Shown: piece after piece, positions 37,054 through 46,187 of the stretch
How the letters are laid out: each line of letters opens with the position of its first letter
How positions within the stretch are numbered: the first letter of the stretch is position 1
Assembly (NCBI GenBank): GCA_016217905.1
Contig: JACRFL010000012.1
Location: 1 to 56,470 of the forward strand
Origin: Candidatus Kaiserbacteria bacterium
Lineage (GTDB): Bacteria > Patescibacteriota > Minisyncoccia > Phycocordibacterales > Phycocordibacteraceae
DNA: 56,470 nucleotides
Reading direction: 5' to 3'
The notes under the pieces: model-generated
What the model was told of the DNA's origin: nothing
Seen by the model: the letters and a program-made list of their open reading frames with translations, nothing else
The model's database searches: none
Program-made: the position numbers and the translations under genes

Positions 37054-37980
37054 TTACGTTATCGAGTCGATGGTGTGCTTGAGACCTTCCTCGAACGTCA
37101 CCATCGGTTTATAGCCGAATGAATCTCTCGCTTTATTGATATCGGCGAAACTGTTTTTTATATCTCCCTGTCGTGACGGAGCATATTCCGGGGACGCCGT
37201 CGTTCCGAGGATTTCATTTATTTTTCCCACGAGTTCATTGAGTGAAATTTTATCGCCCGCAGCGATATTATACGCCTTTCCGAAGCCGCGTTCCGCGTCG
37301 AGCGCGCACAAATTGGCCGCAACGGCGTTTTTGATATACGTGAAGTCGCGCGTTTGCTCTCCGTCGCCGAAAATGACCGGGCGCTCTCCCTTTTTTATAC
37401 GATGAATAAATTTTGGTATCACAGCCGCATACGCGCCGTGAGGATCTTGGCGCGGGCCGAATATGTTGAAATAGCGTAGGCCAATGGTTTTCAGTCCGTA
37501 GGCGAAGGCAAAGATACGACCATATAATTCTGCAGTCAGTTTTTGGATCGCGTACGGAGACAAGGGGTTCGTCGGCATCGTCTCGACTTTCGGCAGAGTT
37601 GGAGTATCGCCGTAGACAGAACTCGAGGACGCATACACAACGCGTTCGACACCGGCATTCCGTGCTGCGAGAAAAACGGAAAGAGTACCTGTCGCATTTA
37701 TCGCGTTTGTCTCCAGGGGAAATTCAAAGCTTTTCGGGACCGACGGTAAGGCCGCAAGATGAATCACCGCATCGGCTCCGGCAAATGCTTTCTTGAGAAG
37801 CCCCGCATCCGTGATGGATCCCTCAAAAAGTTCGATTTTCCCCCGTACTTGCTTGATATTCTCCTTCTTCCCGGTTGAAAAATCATCCACGATCCCCACT
37901 GCGGCCCCCCGTTCAACGAGAGAGTCGACCGTGTGGGAACCGATAAAACCTGCTCCGCCGGTAACAATAACTTTTTTCAT
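37054..37980 (-). CDS. NAD-dependent NDP-sugar epimerase (SDR, GalE-like)
   Basis: KKVIVTGGAGFIGSHTVDSL and YAIQK. Confidence 0.8.
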   Translation of the reverse strand: MKKVIVTGGAGFIGSHTVDSLVERGAAVGIVDDFSTGKKENIKQVRGKIELFEGSITDAGLLKKAFAGADAVIHLAALPSVPKSFEFPLETNAINATGTLSVFLAARNAGVERVVYASSSSVYGDTPTLPKVETMPTNPLSPYAIQKLTAELYGRIFAFAYGLKTIGLRYFNIFGPRQDPHGAYAAVIPKFIHRIKKGERPVIFGDGEQTRDFTYIKNAVAANLCALDAERGFGKAYNIAAGDKISLNELVGKINEILGTTASPEYAPSRQGDIKNSFADINKARDSFGYKPMVTFEEGLKHTIDSIT

Positions 37981-38855
37981 ATGGAATCGCCATATACGCC
38001 CCTTAGGAGATCCAAATCCTTCCCGCTTTCTTTCAAAAGGGCGATATTCTTATGTTTCAGCGCGTCGATAATCTTTTCTCCCTTCACGTCGCCGACCTGA
38101 TCGTGATAAAGGCGCGCAAAGGTCTCAAAATCCTTGATGTGACAGGGGCCACCGATGCCCCTGCCGCCGACATGCAGCGGCGTAATGTGCCAATGCGAGA
38201 CATCCGGGTGGCGCACGGCGAGCATGGGGTCTTTCTGAATGGCATCCGTAATATCTTCCCATTTTACCCCAAGCGTTTGCGCGGTGTCATAGAGAAGATT
38301 CATAAATACCGATTTCACAAACAACGACGTGTTGTGAACATATTTGAAAAATTCTGAAGTGTTAGAAGACACCACGAGGGCCGGCGCGGACGGGAGGACA
38401 TGCGACACTGACTCTGCACTCGCTCGATAGCGGAGATCATCGATCGGTATGCCTATGATATTTTGCGAAGGGTGGGAGGCGTCATACGCTGCGGTCGCGC
38501 GGCTTAAGAATTCCGGACTGTGCAGTACGATGCGCGAGAGAAATTCTTTTTGCAACGACATCGTCGTCCCTGGCTTGAGCGTTGACTTGATTACTGCGAT
38601 CTTCCCCTCCCCGACGAGTTCGAGTGCACCTCGCACAATGGAATCATCAAAATCTTCTGGTGTGGTGGGTGTCGGAACGGCAATGAAAACTATATCGCAT
38701 GAGGCTATTTTTTCTTTGTTCGCTCGATACGGATCCTCGAGAGCATATCGTACGATGTCGTAACCGCGGCGCTCGAAATCATCGGCATAATTCTTGCCGA
38801 TGTAACCTTGCCCGATGAAGCCGATACGCGGTTTAGTGTCTGAAATTAATACCAT
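37977..38855 (-). CDS. Short UDP-glucose/GDP-mannose dehydrogenase-family protein (no C-terminal UDP-binding domain)
   Basis: IGFIGQGYIGKNYA Rossmann motif and GGPCHIKDF (catalytic-Cys motif, GGSCxPKD-like). 292 aa. Paralog of 45168..46094. Confidence 0.65.
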   Translation of the reverse strand: MVLISDTKPRIGFIGQGYIGKNYADDFERRGYDIVRYALEDPYRANKEKIASCDIVFIAVPTPTTPEDFDDSIVRGALELVGEGKIAVIKSTLKPGTTMSLQKEFLSRIVLHSPEFLSRATAAYDASHPSQNIIGIPIDDLRYRASAESVSHVLPSAPALVVSSNTSEFFKYVHNTSLFVKSVFMNLLYDTAQTLGVKWEDITDAIQKDPMLAVRHPDVSHWHITPLHVGGRGIGGPCHIKDFETFARLYHDQVGDVKGEKIIDALKHKNIALLKESGKDLDLLRGVYGDSI

Positions 38856-38908
38856 GAAAGCGATCTGGTTATTAAAAAGTGGTAAGTATCCTCTACAACC
38901 GTTCCTCG

Positions 38909-40051
38909 CTAGGAGACGTTTCTCTTAGCCGTTCGCGCAAGATCGTCGGCCACACGAGTCGGCAAATCGCCAACTGCCGCGAGATGTCCGCGCGCCGCGG
39001 CTTCGGCGTGGATCGGAAGCTCCTGGCGCACCGCATTGTCCTCGATAATCCCGACGATGCCAAGCGAAAGCGCGGTCGGATCAGCCACCGGCACCGAGAG
39101 CACATCCTCATAACCCTTGAACACTTCGCCCACGATGCCGACATCCGTCGTGATGATCGGCACCCTCGCGAGCGCAGCCTCAATAAGCGTGCGGCCGTAG
39201 CCCTCGTACGCGCTCGCCTGGATGAATGCCTGCGCACTCCGCAGAAGCGCGCGCGCATCGGGACGTTCCCCGAGGAAGAGGACCCGATCCGCGAGGCAGA
39301 GGGTGCGGACCATTTCCCCAAGCCTTCGGCGCTCCCTTCCCTCGCCGACGATACAGAGTCCGACCATCGGGTAATGTGCGGAGACGAGTTTGAGCGCGAC
39401 GAGGATGTCCTCGATGCGTTTCTCGGGCTCGAGCCGGCCGACCGCGATGAGGGTAAAGGTGAACGGGTGCTGCGGAAGCGGCGCGGGAGCGGGCACGTCC
39501 GTATCAACCGCGACCGGAATGACCGATGGTTCGGGAATGCGTGAACCGTATCGCGCGAGAAGCGATGCCTTCACGCGCTCCGAGACGACGCGGATGCCCG
39601 CCGCCTGCGGCAATACCCGGTCCGCTAAGCGGCGTCGCAGACTGTTGAGAAATGGCATGCGCACGGAGGGACTACGCCAGTTATCGTTCTTGACGAACCA
39701 GGGAGAGAGAAAGTCGGTATGAACTTGGATGTGAAGCTTCGCTTTCGTGCCGCGAACGGCGCGCCGTGCGGCGAGGCCGTGCTCGAATGGATCTTGCGCG
39801 GAGACGACTTCGATGCCGTGCACGAGAACGAGCGCGCGAGCGCGGAGAGTAAGCGAGTACACGCGCAGGATCTTCCATGAACGCACCGGGTGGAGAAAGA
39901 GCGCGTCGTCTTGTTCGTCGCGTGCTCCAGGACGCGCGATAGAGAGGATGTGCAGCTCGCCTATCGCAGCGGCGTACGCGCGCATGCGTGCGCGAGCCGC
40001 GCTTGTCGCATCAAATATCGTCGGATCATTTGAAATAAAGAGGACTTTCAT
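38909..40051 (-). CDS. Glycosyltransferase family 4
   Basis: MKVLFISNDPTIFD... and SAYEGYGRTLIEAALARVPII. Confidence 0.8.
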   Translation of the reverse strand: MKVLFISNDPTIFDATSAARARMRAYAAAIGELHILSIARPGARDEQDDALFLHPVRSWKILRVYSLTLRARALVLVHGIEVVSAQDPFEHGLAARRAVRGTKAKLHIQVHTDFLSPWFVKNDNWRSPSVRMPFLNSLRRRLADRVLPQAAGIRVVSERVKASLLARYGSRIPEPSVIPVAVDTDVPAPAPLPQHPFTFTLIAVGRLEPEKRIEDILVALKLVSAHYPMVGLCIVGEGRERRRLGEMVRTLCLADRVLFLGERPDARALLRSAQAFIQASAYEGYGRTLIEAALARVPIITTDVGIVGEVFKGYEDVLSVPVADPTALSLGIVGIIEDNAVRQELPIHAEAAARGHLAAVGDLPTRVADDLARTAKRNVS

Positions 40052-41082
40052 AAGGTCATTTCCTCGGCGAGACGGCGGCCAAGTACGGGGAGCGTTTGTG
40101 TATCGATCGCCTTCTTCTGATACGCGCGGACGAATGCCGCGCGCTCTTCTTCAGACAACGCGAGCGCTTTCTTCAACTGCCGCGCAAGGTCGTCCGCGTC
40201 ATCGTGCGCGCAGGAGAATTCGGGGCCGATGATCTCGGCCATATCAGCGCTCGTAAAGAGCGGGAGACAGCCACAGGCAATCGCTTTGAAGAGCGACTTG
40301 TCGAGCATGCCGCTTCGGCTGCAGTTCACATAGACCGCGTGCGAACGATAGAAGCGATAGGTGTCCGTATTCGGTACCGGGCCGGCGAAGACGACTTTGT
40401 CAGAAATGCCGAGCTCTTTCGCGCGCTCCTCTACTTTCTTCGGAAATGGCGATGCGGGATCGCTCGACCCGCCGACGAACGTCGCGACAAGAGCGGTGTC
40501 CGCCGCGATTCTTCCGAGCGCCTCCACGACGAGATCGGGGCGCTTTGATATGTCGAATCGCCCGAGGAAGAGCACCGAATGAGGACGGCGCTCTACCGGC
40601 TCATCAAGATGGCAGGAACCGACATCGACGCCGACTGGCACCTGCACCGCATGTGCGTATTTCGCCGTGTAGGATGACTTCGAAGTGTAGAATATCTTGT
40701 CACAAAAGAGCGCAGCGATATCGGTTAGAATGCTCCCGGCATAATGGTTGCGCCAGAAGTAGACACGCTTCCCGAGAAGCCTGAAAAGCCATCCGGCGAC
40801 AAGAAGATACTCCTCATTCATGTGCACAAACACCGCATCGTACTCGCGACGACGCTCCCAGGTGAGCCGTAACACCCGCAGCGCGGTCCGCACTCGCGCC
40901 CGGTATCCCCAGGGTCGGAGCGAAACGATCGTCACGTTCTTGGGAAGATCGTGCGCTCCCACTCGCAGCGCGCCGATCAGCAAGCGCTCAAAATGCTTCG
41001 CGAGCTCCTCTATCCAGCCGTGATAGAAGCCGAGCGTCGTGTCCTCGCGGTCAACCGTCTGCATGAATATGAGGAGACGCAT
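40048..41082 (-). CDS. Glycosyltransferase, GT-B fold (GT4-like)
   Basis: GT-B-like C-terminal half (LFLGRFDISKRPDL...VNCSRSGMLDKSLFKAIACGCLPL). Confidence 0.65.
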   Translation of the reverse strand: MRLLIFMQTVDREDTTLGFYHGWIEELAKHFERLLIGALRVGAHDLPKNVTIVSLRPWGYRARVRTALRVLRLTWERRREYDAVFVHMNEEYLLVAGWLFRLLGKRVYFWRNHYAGSILTDIAALFCDKIFYTSKSSYTAKYAHAVQVPVGVDVGSCHLDEPVERRPHSVLFLGRFDISKRPDLVVEALGRIAADTALVATFVGGSSDPASPFPKKVEERAKELGISDKVVFAGPVPNTDTYRFYRSHAVYVNCSRSGMLDKSLFKAIACGCLPLFTSADMAEIIGPEFSCAHDDADDLARQLKKALALSEEERAAFVRAYQKKAIDTQTLPVLGRRLAEEMTL

Positions 41083-41120
41083 AACGGGAAAGTGTCAATG
41101 GTTATGGTACACTACCCCTC
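41083..41120. promoter_or_regulatory. 38-nt divergent promoter region between two start codons
   Basis: TGgTACACT (41105-41113) ends 7 nt before GTG 41121. On the other strand GACACT ends 8 nt before ATG 41082. Confidence 0.5.
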
Positions 41121-42266
41121 GTGAAAATCATACTCGCAACCCCGATCTACCCGCCCGAGATCGGCGGCCCCGCAACCTATACGAAGGAGCTCGCGTTGCG
41201 GCTCCGCGGCGATCACGAGATCGTCATCGTCGCATACGCGACCACGTCGGAGCGTGTCGAGGGCACGACGCTCATCACCGCGAGCAAACGCCGCCCGCTC
41301 CCCTTGCGCCTTCTCAAGTACATGATCTTGCTCTTCAAGGCGGCGCGCGACGCGGACGTCATCTACGTGCAGAACGCCGTCGCTTCGGGATTCCCTGCAG
41401 CCGTCGTGGGCCTGTTGCTGCGAAAACCTGTCGTCTTGAAATTCGTCGGCGACGAGGCGTGGGAGCGCGCGACCCAGCTGCGCGAAACGCGCAAACAGCT
41501 TGAGGATTTTTTGGCGCACCCCGACGGGAGCCTTCGCATCAAGCTCATTATGCGGCTCCAGGGCTGGGTCCTTCGCCACGTGAGCGCCGTCACGACGCCG
41601 TCAGCATACCTCGCTGACGCCATTATTCGCACGTACCGCATCGACCCGAAACGCGTCGCGGTGAACTACAACGCGGCAGAAAAAACAGAGGAAGTGCCGT
41701 TCGACGCGATCCCGGTACGGCACCAGATTGCCGTCACGGCCCGACTTGTCGAATGGAAAGGCATTGATGGCGTCATTCGCGCCACGGTACAACTCGCGGA
41801 AAAGTTTTCGGACGTGCGTTGCGTCATCGCCGGAGACGGGCCGGAAGAAGAGCGGTTAAAGATGCTTGCGAAAGAGGCCGACGATGGGTCGCACATTATC
41901 TTCCTCGGCCGCGTGTCGCGCGCCGAGACCTGGCACCTGCGAAAGAGCTCCGAGATATATGTGCTCAACTCGACGTACGAGGGCCTCCCGCATACGGCGC
42001 TCACCAGCTTCGCGGCAGGAATACCGATCGTAGCGACCGACATCCCGGGCACGAACGAGGCTGTCTATGACGGTGTATCGGGGCTGCTCGTCGCGCCGGG
42101 CGACGACAGCGCGCTCGCCCGCGCTATCGCACGACTCTTTGACGATGCCGCGCTACGGGAGAAACTTGTCGCGGGAGGCGCGAAAATCCTTTCAGAAAAA
42201 TTCTCGTGGAAGGCGCACCTCCGCACTCTCCTCGAGATATTCAAACAGGCGCGCGCGACCCGTTAG
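41121..42266 (+). CDS. Glycosyltransferase family 4
   Basis: KIILATPIYPPEIGGPATY and STYEGLPHTALTSFAAGIPIV. GTG start. Confidence 0.8.
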   Translation: MKIILATPIYPPEIGGPATYTKELALRLRGDHEIVIVAYATTSERVEGTTLITASKRRPLPLRLLKYMILLFKAARDADVIYVQNAVASGFPAAVVGLLLRKPVVLKFVGDEAWERATQLRETRKQLEDFLAHPDGSLRIKLIMRLQGWVLRHVSAVTTPSAYLADAIIRTYRIDPKRVAVNYNAAEKTEEVPFDAIPVRHQIAVTARLVEWKGIDGVIRATVQLAEKFSDVRCVIAGDGPEEERLKMLAKEADDGSHIIFLGRVSRAETWHLRKSSEIYVLNSTYEGLPHTALTSFAAGIPIVATDIPGTNEAVYDGVSGLLVAPGDDSALARAIARLFDDAALREKLVAGGAKILSEKFSWKAHLRTLLEIFKQARATR

Positions 42267-43240
42267 AGGCGGTTCGCCTTGAACCACTCGACGAGGCGCG
42301 CCATTCCCTCTTCGACGGGCGTGACGGGCTCCCAGCCGAGGAGCTCCTTCGCTTTCGATATGTCGGCGTACGTCTCCTCTACGCTTGCTTTGCTGCTCTC
42401 GCGCGCCTCCACGTTCGCTTTGACGCCAGTCACTTTCTCAAGAACCGCGAGAAGCTCGGTGAGGGAGAGCGGCCGGTTGTTCCCCAGATTGATGACCTCG
42501 TATCCAAAAGGCTTGGTCATCGCCAGGATCGTTCCGCGAATCGTGTCGCCCACGTAGGTGTAGTCGCGCTTGCGCGTTCCCGCTCCAGAGAGCTCGATGA
42601 CGCCGCCCGTAAGAAGCGCTTTCGTCCACTTGTACGGGACCATGTTCGGGCGATTGTTCTCGCCGTAGACATTGAAATACCGCAGACAGGTGATATTCAT
42701 CCCGAAGTTGTGATGGTACGCGTGCGCGAAGAGCTCGACCGCGCGCTTTGTCGCTCCGTAGGGCGAGAGGGGGCGGTCGGCCGCAGCGCTTTCGCGCCAG
42801 GGAATGTCGGGGTCGTTCCCGTAGACGGATGAAGACGAGACATAGAGCGTATTCTCTACGTCGCCGACATCGCGTATCGTCTCGAAAAGGTTGATACTGC
42901 CGGTGATGTTGTTATCGACGTACGTGTGAGGGTCGGCGACCGCGAGCCGCGTGTCGGCCTTGGCGGCCAAGTGGACGACGAATCGCGGATGGGCGCGGCG
43001 CAGCGCCGCCGCGAGCGCGGCTTTCTCCCGTATATCGAGGCGCATGAGTTCGAAGTCCGGATTGCCAAGCGCAGGTGCGATCTGTGCCTCTTTGAACGCC
43101 GGATCGTACGTGTCGTCGAAATTGTCGATACCGACGACTCGGTAGCCCGCCTCAAGGAGCGCGAGAGCGAGATTGGAGCCGACGAAGCCGGCAACACCCG
43201 TAACAAGAACTGTGTCTTTGCGTGAGGATTGCTGGTTCAT
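42263..43240 (-). CDS. NAD-dependent NDP-sugar 4-epimerase (UDP-glucuronate 4-epimerase-like SDR)
   Basis: VLVTGVAGFVGSNLALALLEAGYRVVGIDNFDDTYDP and YGATK. ATG 43240 (MNQQSSRKDT) is preferred over 43333. Confidence 0.75.
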   Translation of the reverse strand: MNQQSSRKDTVLVTGVAGFVGSNLALALLEAGYRVVGIDNFDDTYDPAFKEAQIAPALGNPDFELMRLDIREKAALAAALRRAHPRFVVHLAAKADTRLAVADPHTYVDNNITGSINLFETIRDVGDVENTLYVSSSSVYGNDPDIPWRESAAADRPLSPYGATKRAVELFAHAYHHNFGMNITCLRYFNVYGENNRPNMVPYKWTKALLTGGVIELSGAGTRKRDYTYVGDTIRGTILAMTKPFGYEVINLGNNRPLSLTELLAVLEKVTGVKANVEARESSKASVEETYADISKAKELLGWEPVTPVEEGMARLVEWFKANRL

Positions 43241-43266
43241 GAAAATGATTATACGATGCAGCAGAT
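43241..43266. promoter_or_regulatory. 26-nt divergent intergenic region with face-to-face overlapping -10 boxes
   Basis: - strand TATAAT (43248-43253) lies 7 nt before ATG 43240. + strand TATACG (43250-43255) lies 11 nt before ATG 43267. Confidence 0.5.
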
Positions 43267-44406
43267 ATGGGAGCAACGGAGGAGAAGCGAGCGTGGGAGG
43301 AATATCGCTTGGCGGAGCTCTGCGCTGCGACATCGATCCTTCAGTCGCTTGGCTACAAGCTCGACTCCGAACAGGTGCATATCGGCGGCGAACGGTACCT
43401 CATGGCGCGCGCGCGCGACGTCGGCGGCGGCGGTCGGAAACTGGTTCTCTTTGGGCGTGACACAAAGAGCGGCGCGCGCGTCGTGATCAAGGTCTCGAGC
43501 GATCCCGCGGGCATCGCGGAGATTGAACGCGAGCGCAACGCGCGCGCTCTCCTCACCAAGATAAAATTCGCCTCTCATGCGTTCTTCACTCCCCGCGAGA
43601 TACTCTTCGTCCGGCGCGATCCATTCGTCATAGCGATTATCGAATACATCGAGCAGGAGCGCCCGTTCTTCGCCCGTCCCGTGGATGAACAGTTCTTCAT
43701 CTCGCTCCACGCATTCGAGACGCAGGAGGGCGTACACGCGACCACGTCGGAGCATGCTCGCATCATCCGCGATACGTTCGGAATGGTCTCGGCCGGAGAC
43801 TACCTCGCACAATTCGAGGAGTTCCGCAGAAGCGCAACCGCGCATGACCCGGGAAATGCTGAACTGGCGGAAACATTTGCGCGTGCGGCTGAATTTCTTG
43901 CGCAGCACCGCACGACGATCGAGCGTTACGGCGGCTTCCTCACCCACACCGATTTTGTACCGAACAACCTGCGCATCCGGGGACGCGACTTCTACCTCCT
44001 GGATTACGCGTCCATTCATTTCGGCAATAAGTACGAAAGTTGGGCGCGCTTCACCAACTTCATGATCCAACACAACCGCCCGCTCGCGCTCGCGCTCGCG
44101 CGATACGTGCGCGAAAATCGCGGCGAGGAAGAGTATTTGTGCCTGCGCCTCATGCGCGTCTATAAAATGGGGTTTCTGCTCAAGTTCTATGCGGAGGCGC
44201 TTGAGCGCGCGGAAGGACCGCTTCTGGAACTCACTCGCGCACGCGTTGCGTTTTGGATCGCTGCCGCGCAGGCGGTTCTGGACGATACCCCGCTCGCGCC
44301 CGAGATCATCGAGGCGTACCTCAAGCGACAAGGGGAGCTCCGGACGCCGGACGAGCGCCAGCGCCAGCGCGAGATGTTAGGCGCCGGACAGGAGATCCGC
44401 GTGTAG
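43267..44406 (+). CDS. Aminoglycoside/choline-kinase-like phosphotransferase (APH fold)
   Basis: LTHTDFVPNNLRI (HxDxxxxN catalytic loop) followed by FYLLDYASIHFG. The antisense ORF 43249..44331 has no motif. Confidence 0.7.
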   Translation: MGATEEKRAWEEYRLAELCAATSILQSLGYKLDSEQVHIGGERYLMARARDVGGGGRKLVLFGRDTKSGARVVIKVSSDPAGIAEIERERNARALLTKIKFASHAFFTPREILFVRRDPFVIAIIEYIEQERPFFARPVDEQFFISLHAFETQEGVHATTSEHARIIRDTFGMVSAGDYLAQFEEFRRSATAHDPGNAELAETFARAAEFLAQHRTTIERYGGFLTHTDFVPNNLRIRGRDFYLLDYASIHFGNKYESWARFTNFMIQHNRPLALALARYVRENRGEEEYLCLRLMRVYKMGFLLKFYAEALERAEGPLLELTRARVAFWIAAAQAVLDDTPLAPEIIEAYLKRQGELRTPDERQRQREMLGAGQEIRV

Positions 44407-45171
44407 GAGAGGGAGCGTATTCTCAAACAAAGCGCGGTTCGCCGTCGCAACAACCGTCTGGCGCGTTACGGAGAGTTCGACTGGTGCGCCATCAGGCGTA
44501 TAGACTTCGCCGCCGGCCGCGCGGACGATCCCGATTGCACACGCAATATCGCGCGTCGTGAGCGTGCCGTAGACGACAACATCGGCCCGGCCGGCGGCAA
44601 TGAAGCACAAATCGAGCGCGGACGACCCGAACACTTTCATCTTCTTCAAATGTTCGAGAAAACTGCGATACACCGCTGCTCCCCAGTCCCAAAGCGGCGC
44701 CTGGTGTCCAACGACGAGGATGCCTAGCGCTTCGCCCGGATTGGCGATGTCCGTCACATGGATAGCGGCACCGTTGAGAAATGCGCCCTGCCCTTCTTCA
44801 AATGAGAAAAGTTCGTTTGTGATCGGATTGTAGACCGCGCCGACAATCGGTATGCCATTCTTCAAGAGTCCGACGCATACCGCAAAGTGCGGGATCCCGC
44901 GCGAGAAATTCGCCGACCCGTCGATCGGGTCGATCGTCCATTCATACTCGCTCGTCGTGCTCGTGCCCGCGCCTTCTTCCGAATAAATACGGTGTTCGGG
45001 GAAAGCTTGTTTAATCTCGCTGACGAGAAATGTGTTGACCTTGAGATCAGCATCGGTGATCATGTCGCGCAAATCGGCGCCCTTGTGCGATACCACAATA
45101 TGCCGTGAAGCCGCGCGGAGCTTCTCACCCGCGCGCGTCACTACGTCAACCGCAAAATCATAGTAGTTCAT
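44377..45171 (-). CDS. Inositol monophosphatase-family phosphatase
   Basis: YSEEGAG, WTIDPIDGSANF and LWDWGAA motifs. Confidence 0.85.
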   Translation of the reverse strand: MNYYDFAVDVVTRAGEKLRAASRHIVVSHKGADLRDMITDADLKVNTFLVSEIKQAFPEHRIYSEEGAGTSTTSEYEWTIDPIDGSANFSRGIPHFAVCVGLLKNGIPIVGAVYNPITNELFSFEEGQGAFLNGAAIHVTDIANPGEALGILVVGHQAPLWDWGAAVYRSFLEHLKKMKVFGSSALDLCFIAAGRADVVVYGTLTTRDIACAIGIVRAAGGEVYTPDGAPVELSVTRQTVVATANRALFENTLPLLHADLLSGA

Positions 45172-46094
45172 TTTATTCCAGCGCCTTTCCCGTACACGCC
45201 CTCGAGCAAATTGACGTAGCGGTCGTATTCCCGCAACAATTCGGCATTTTTATATTCAAAACCCCGAAGCACCTGGATGGCGTGTGTGTCTTCGGGGAAC
45301 GCCGCCGCGTAGAGTTCCGAGAGCTCCGCCCAGTCTTTGATAAAGCAGCTCCTGCCCGCGCCGCGGCGGCGATAGACGCCCGGCGGATCCTCTTTCAGGT
45401 GCAAATCCATGTGCGACGGACCGACGCGCGGATCGGCGCCGATGACGACGCGGATGACCTCCCAATCGCCGCCCATTTTTTCCGCGAACTGAAAGAAGAT
45501 GTTCGAGAAGACGATTTTCGCGTTCAGATATGCGTTGCCGCCGTATTTAATGAGTTCCGCATTCACCGCAGAGGTGACAAGCTCGTGCGGCGCTTTCGGC
45601 AGAACGGCGAGCACTCGCGCGGCCGCCTCCCGGTGCTGCGGAGCGTCCTCGGGCATGCCGATGATATTGCGCTCCGGGTTGGCTGCGTCCGTCGCGGCGG
45701 TCGTCTCCTGAAGGAACTCCGGCGAGTGGAGCACGATACGGTCCGGATACTGCGCCTGGAGCGATGCCGTCATTCCAGGTGGAATAGTCGATTTTATGAC
45801 GACGATTGCGCCGGGACGGGCAAGCGCGATGACGCTACGGATATTCGAATCATCAAATCGGACTGCCGGATGTCCGTCATCGCGGAGTTCACCGCTCGGG
45901 ACGGTCGCGGCGTTCACTGCGACGAACATGATGTCGCACTCGGCGATGCGATCCTTGCTCATCGCGTACGCGGGCTCGAGACTGTAGCGCACTACTTGAT
46001 AACCGCGACGCTCGAAGTCGTCGGCATAGCTCTTGCCGATGAATCCCTGTCCGATAAAGCCGATAAGAGGTTTTCCCCCCGATGCCATGCGCAA
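45168..46094 (-). CDS. Short UDP-glucose/GDP-mannose dehydrogenase-family protein (paralog of 37977..38855)
   Basis: IGFIGQGFIGKSYADDFERRGY, IVLHSPEFL and GRSCFIKDW. By eye it aligns along the full length with the other copy. Confidence 0.65.
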   Translation of the reverse strand: MRMASGGKPLIGFIGQGFIGKSYADDFERRGYQVVRYSLEPAYAMSKDRIAECDIMFVAVNAATVPSGELRDDGHPAVRFDDSNIRSVIALARPGAIVVIKSTIPPGMTASLQAQYPDRIVLHSPEFLQETTAATDAANPERNIIGMPEDAPQHREAAARVLAVLPKAPHELVTSAVNAELIKYGGNAYLNAKIVFSNIFFQFAEKMGGDWEVIRVVIGADPRVGPSHMDLHLKEDPPGVYRRRGAGRSCFIKDWAELSELYAAAFPEDTHAIQVLRGFEYKNAELLREYDRYVNLLEGVYGKGAGIK

Positions 46095-46111
46095 AACTGT
46101 ATCATAATCGC

Positions 46112-46141
46112 AAAAAAAAGCCCGAGCATTGCTGCCCGGAC
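46112..46141 (-). terminator. Intrinsic terminator after GT4 gene 46188..47363
   Basis: - sense reads GTCCGGGCA GCAA TGCTCGGGC followed by TTTTTTTT. The G-U wobble forms only in - sense; in + sense it is an A-C mismatch. Confidence 0.7.
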
Positions 46142-46187
46142 AAAACGAAAAAGGTCATGCTCTGACGGTGATTCGAATGCCTTTCTT

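Noticed and set aside
43249-44331. Long antisense ORFs in GC-rich genes (43249..44331 -, 20285..21298 -, 45105..46511 +, 12585..13778 +, 34594..35742 +, 5321..6283 +, 50257..51417 -, 49728..50600 +)
   Set aside because: Each lies opposite or out of frame to a gene with clear family motifs. Each has the Arg/Gly/Asp-rich composition typical of spurious frames in high-GC DNA.
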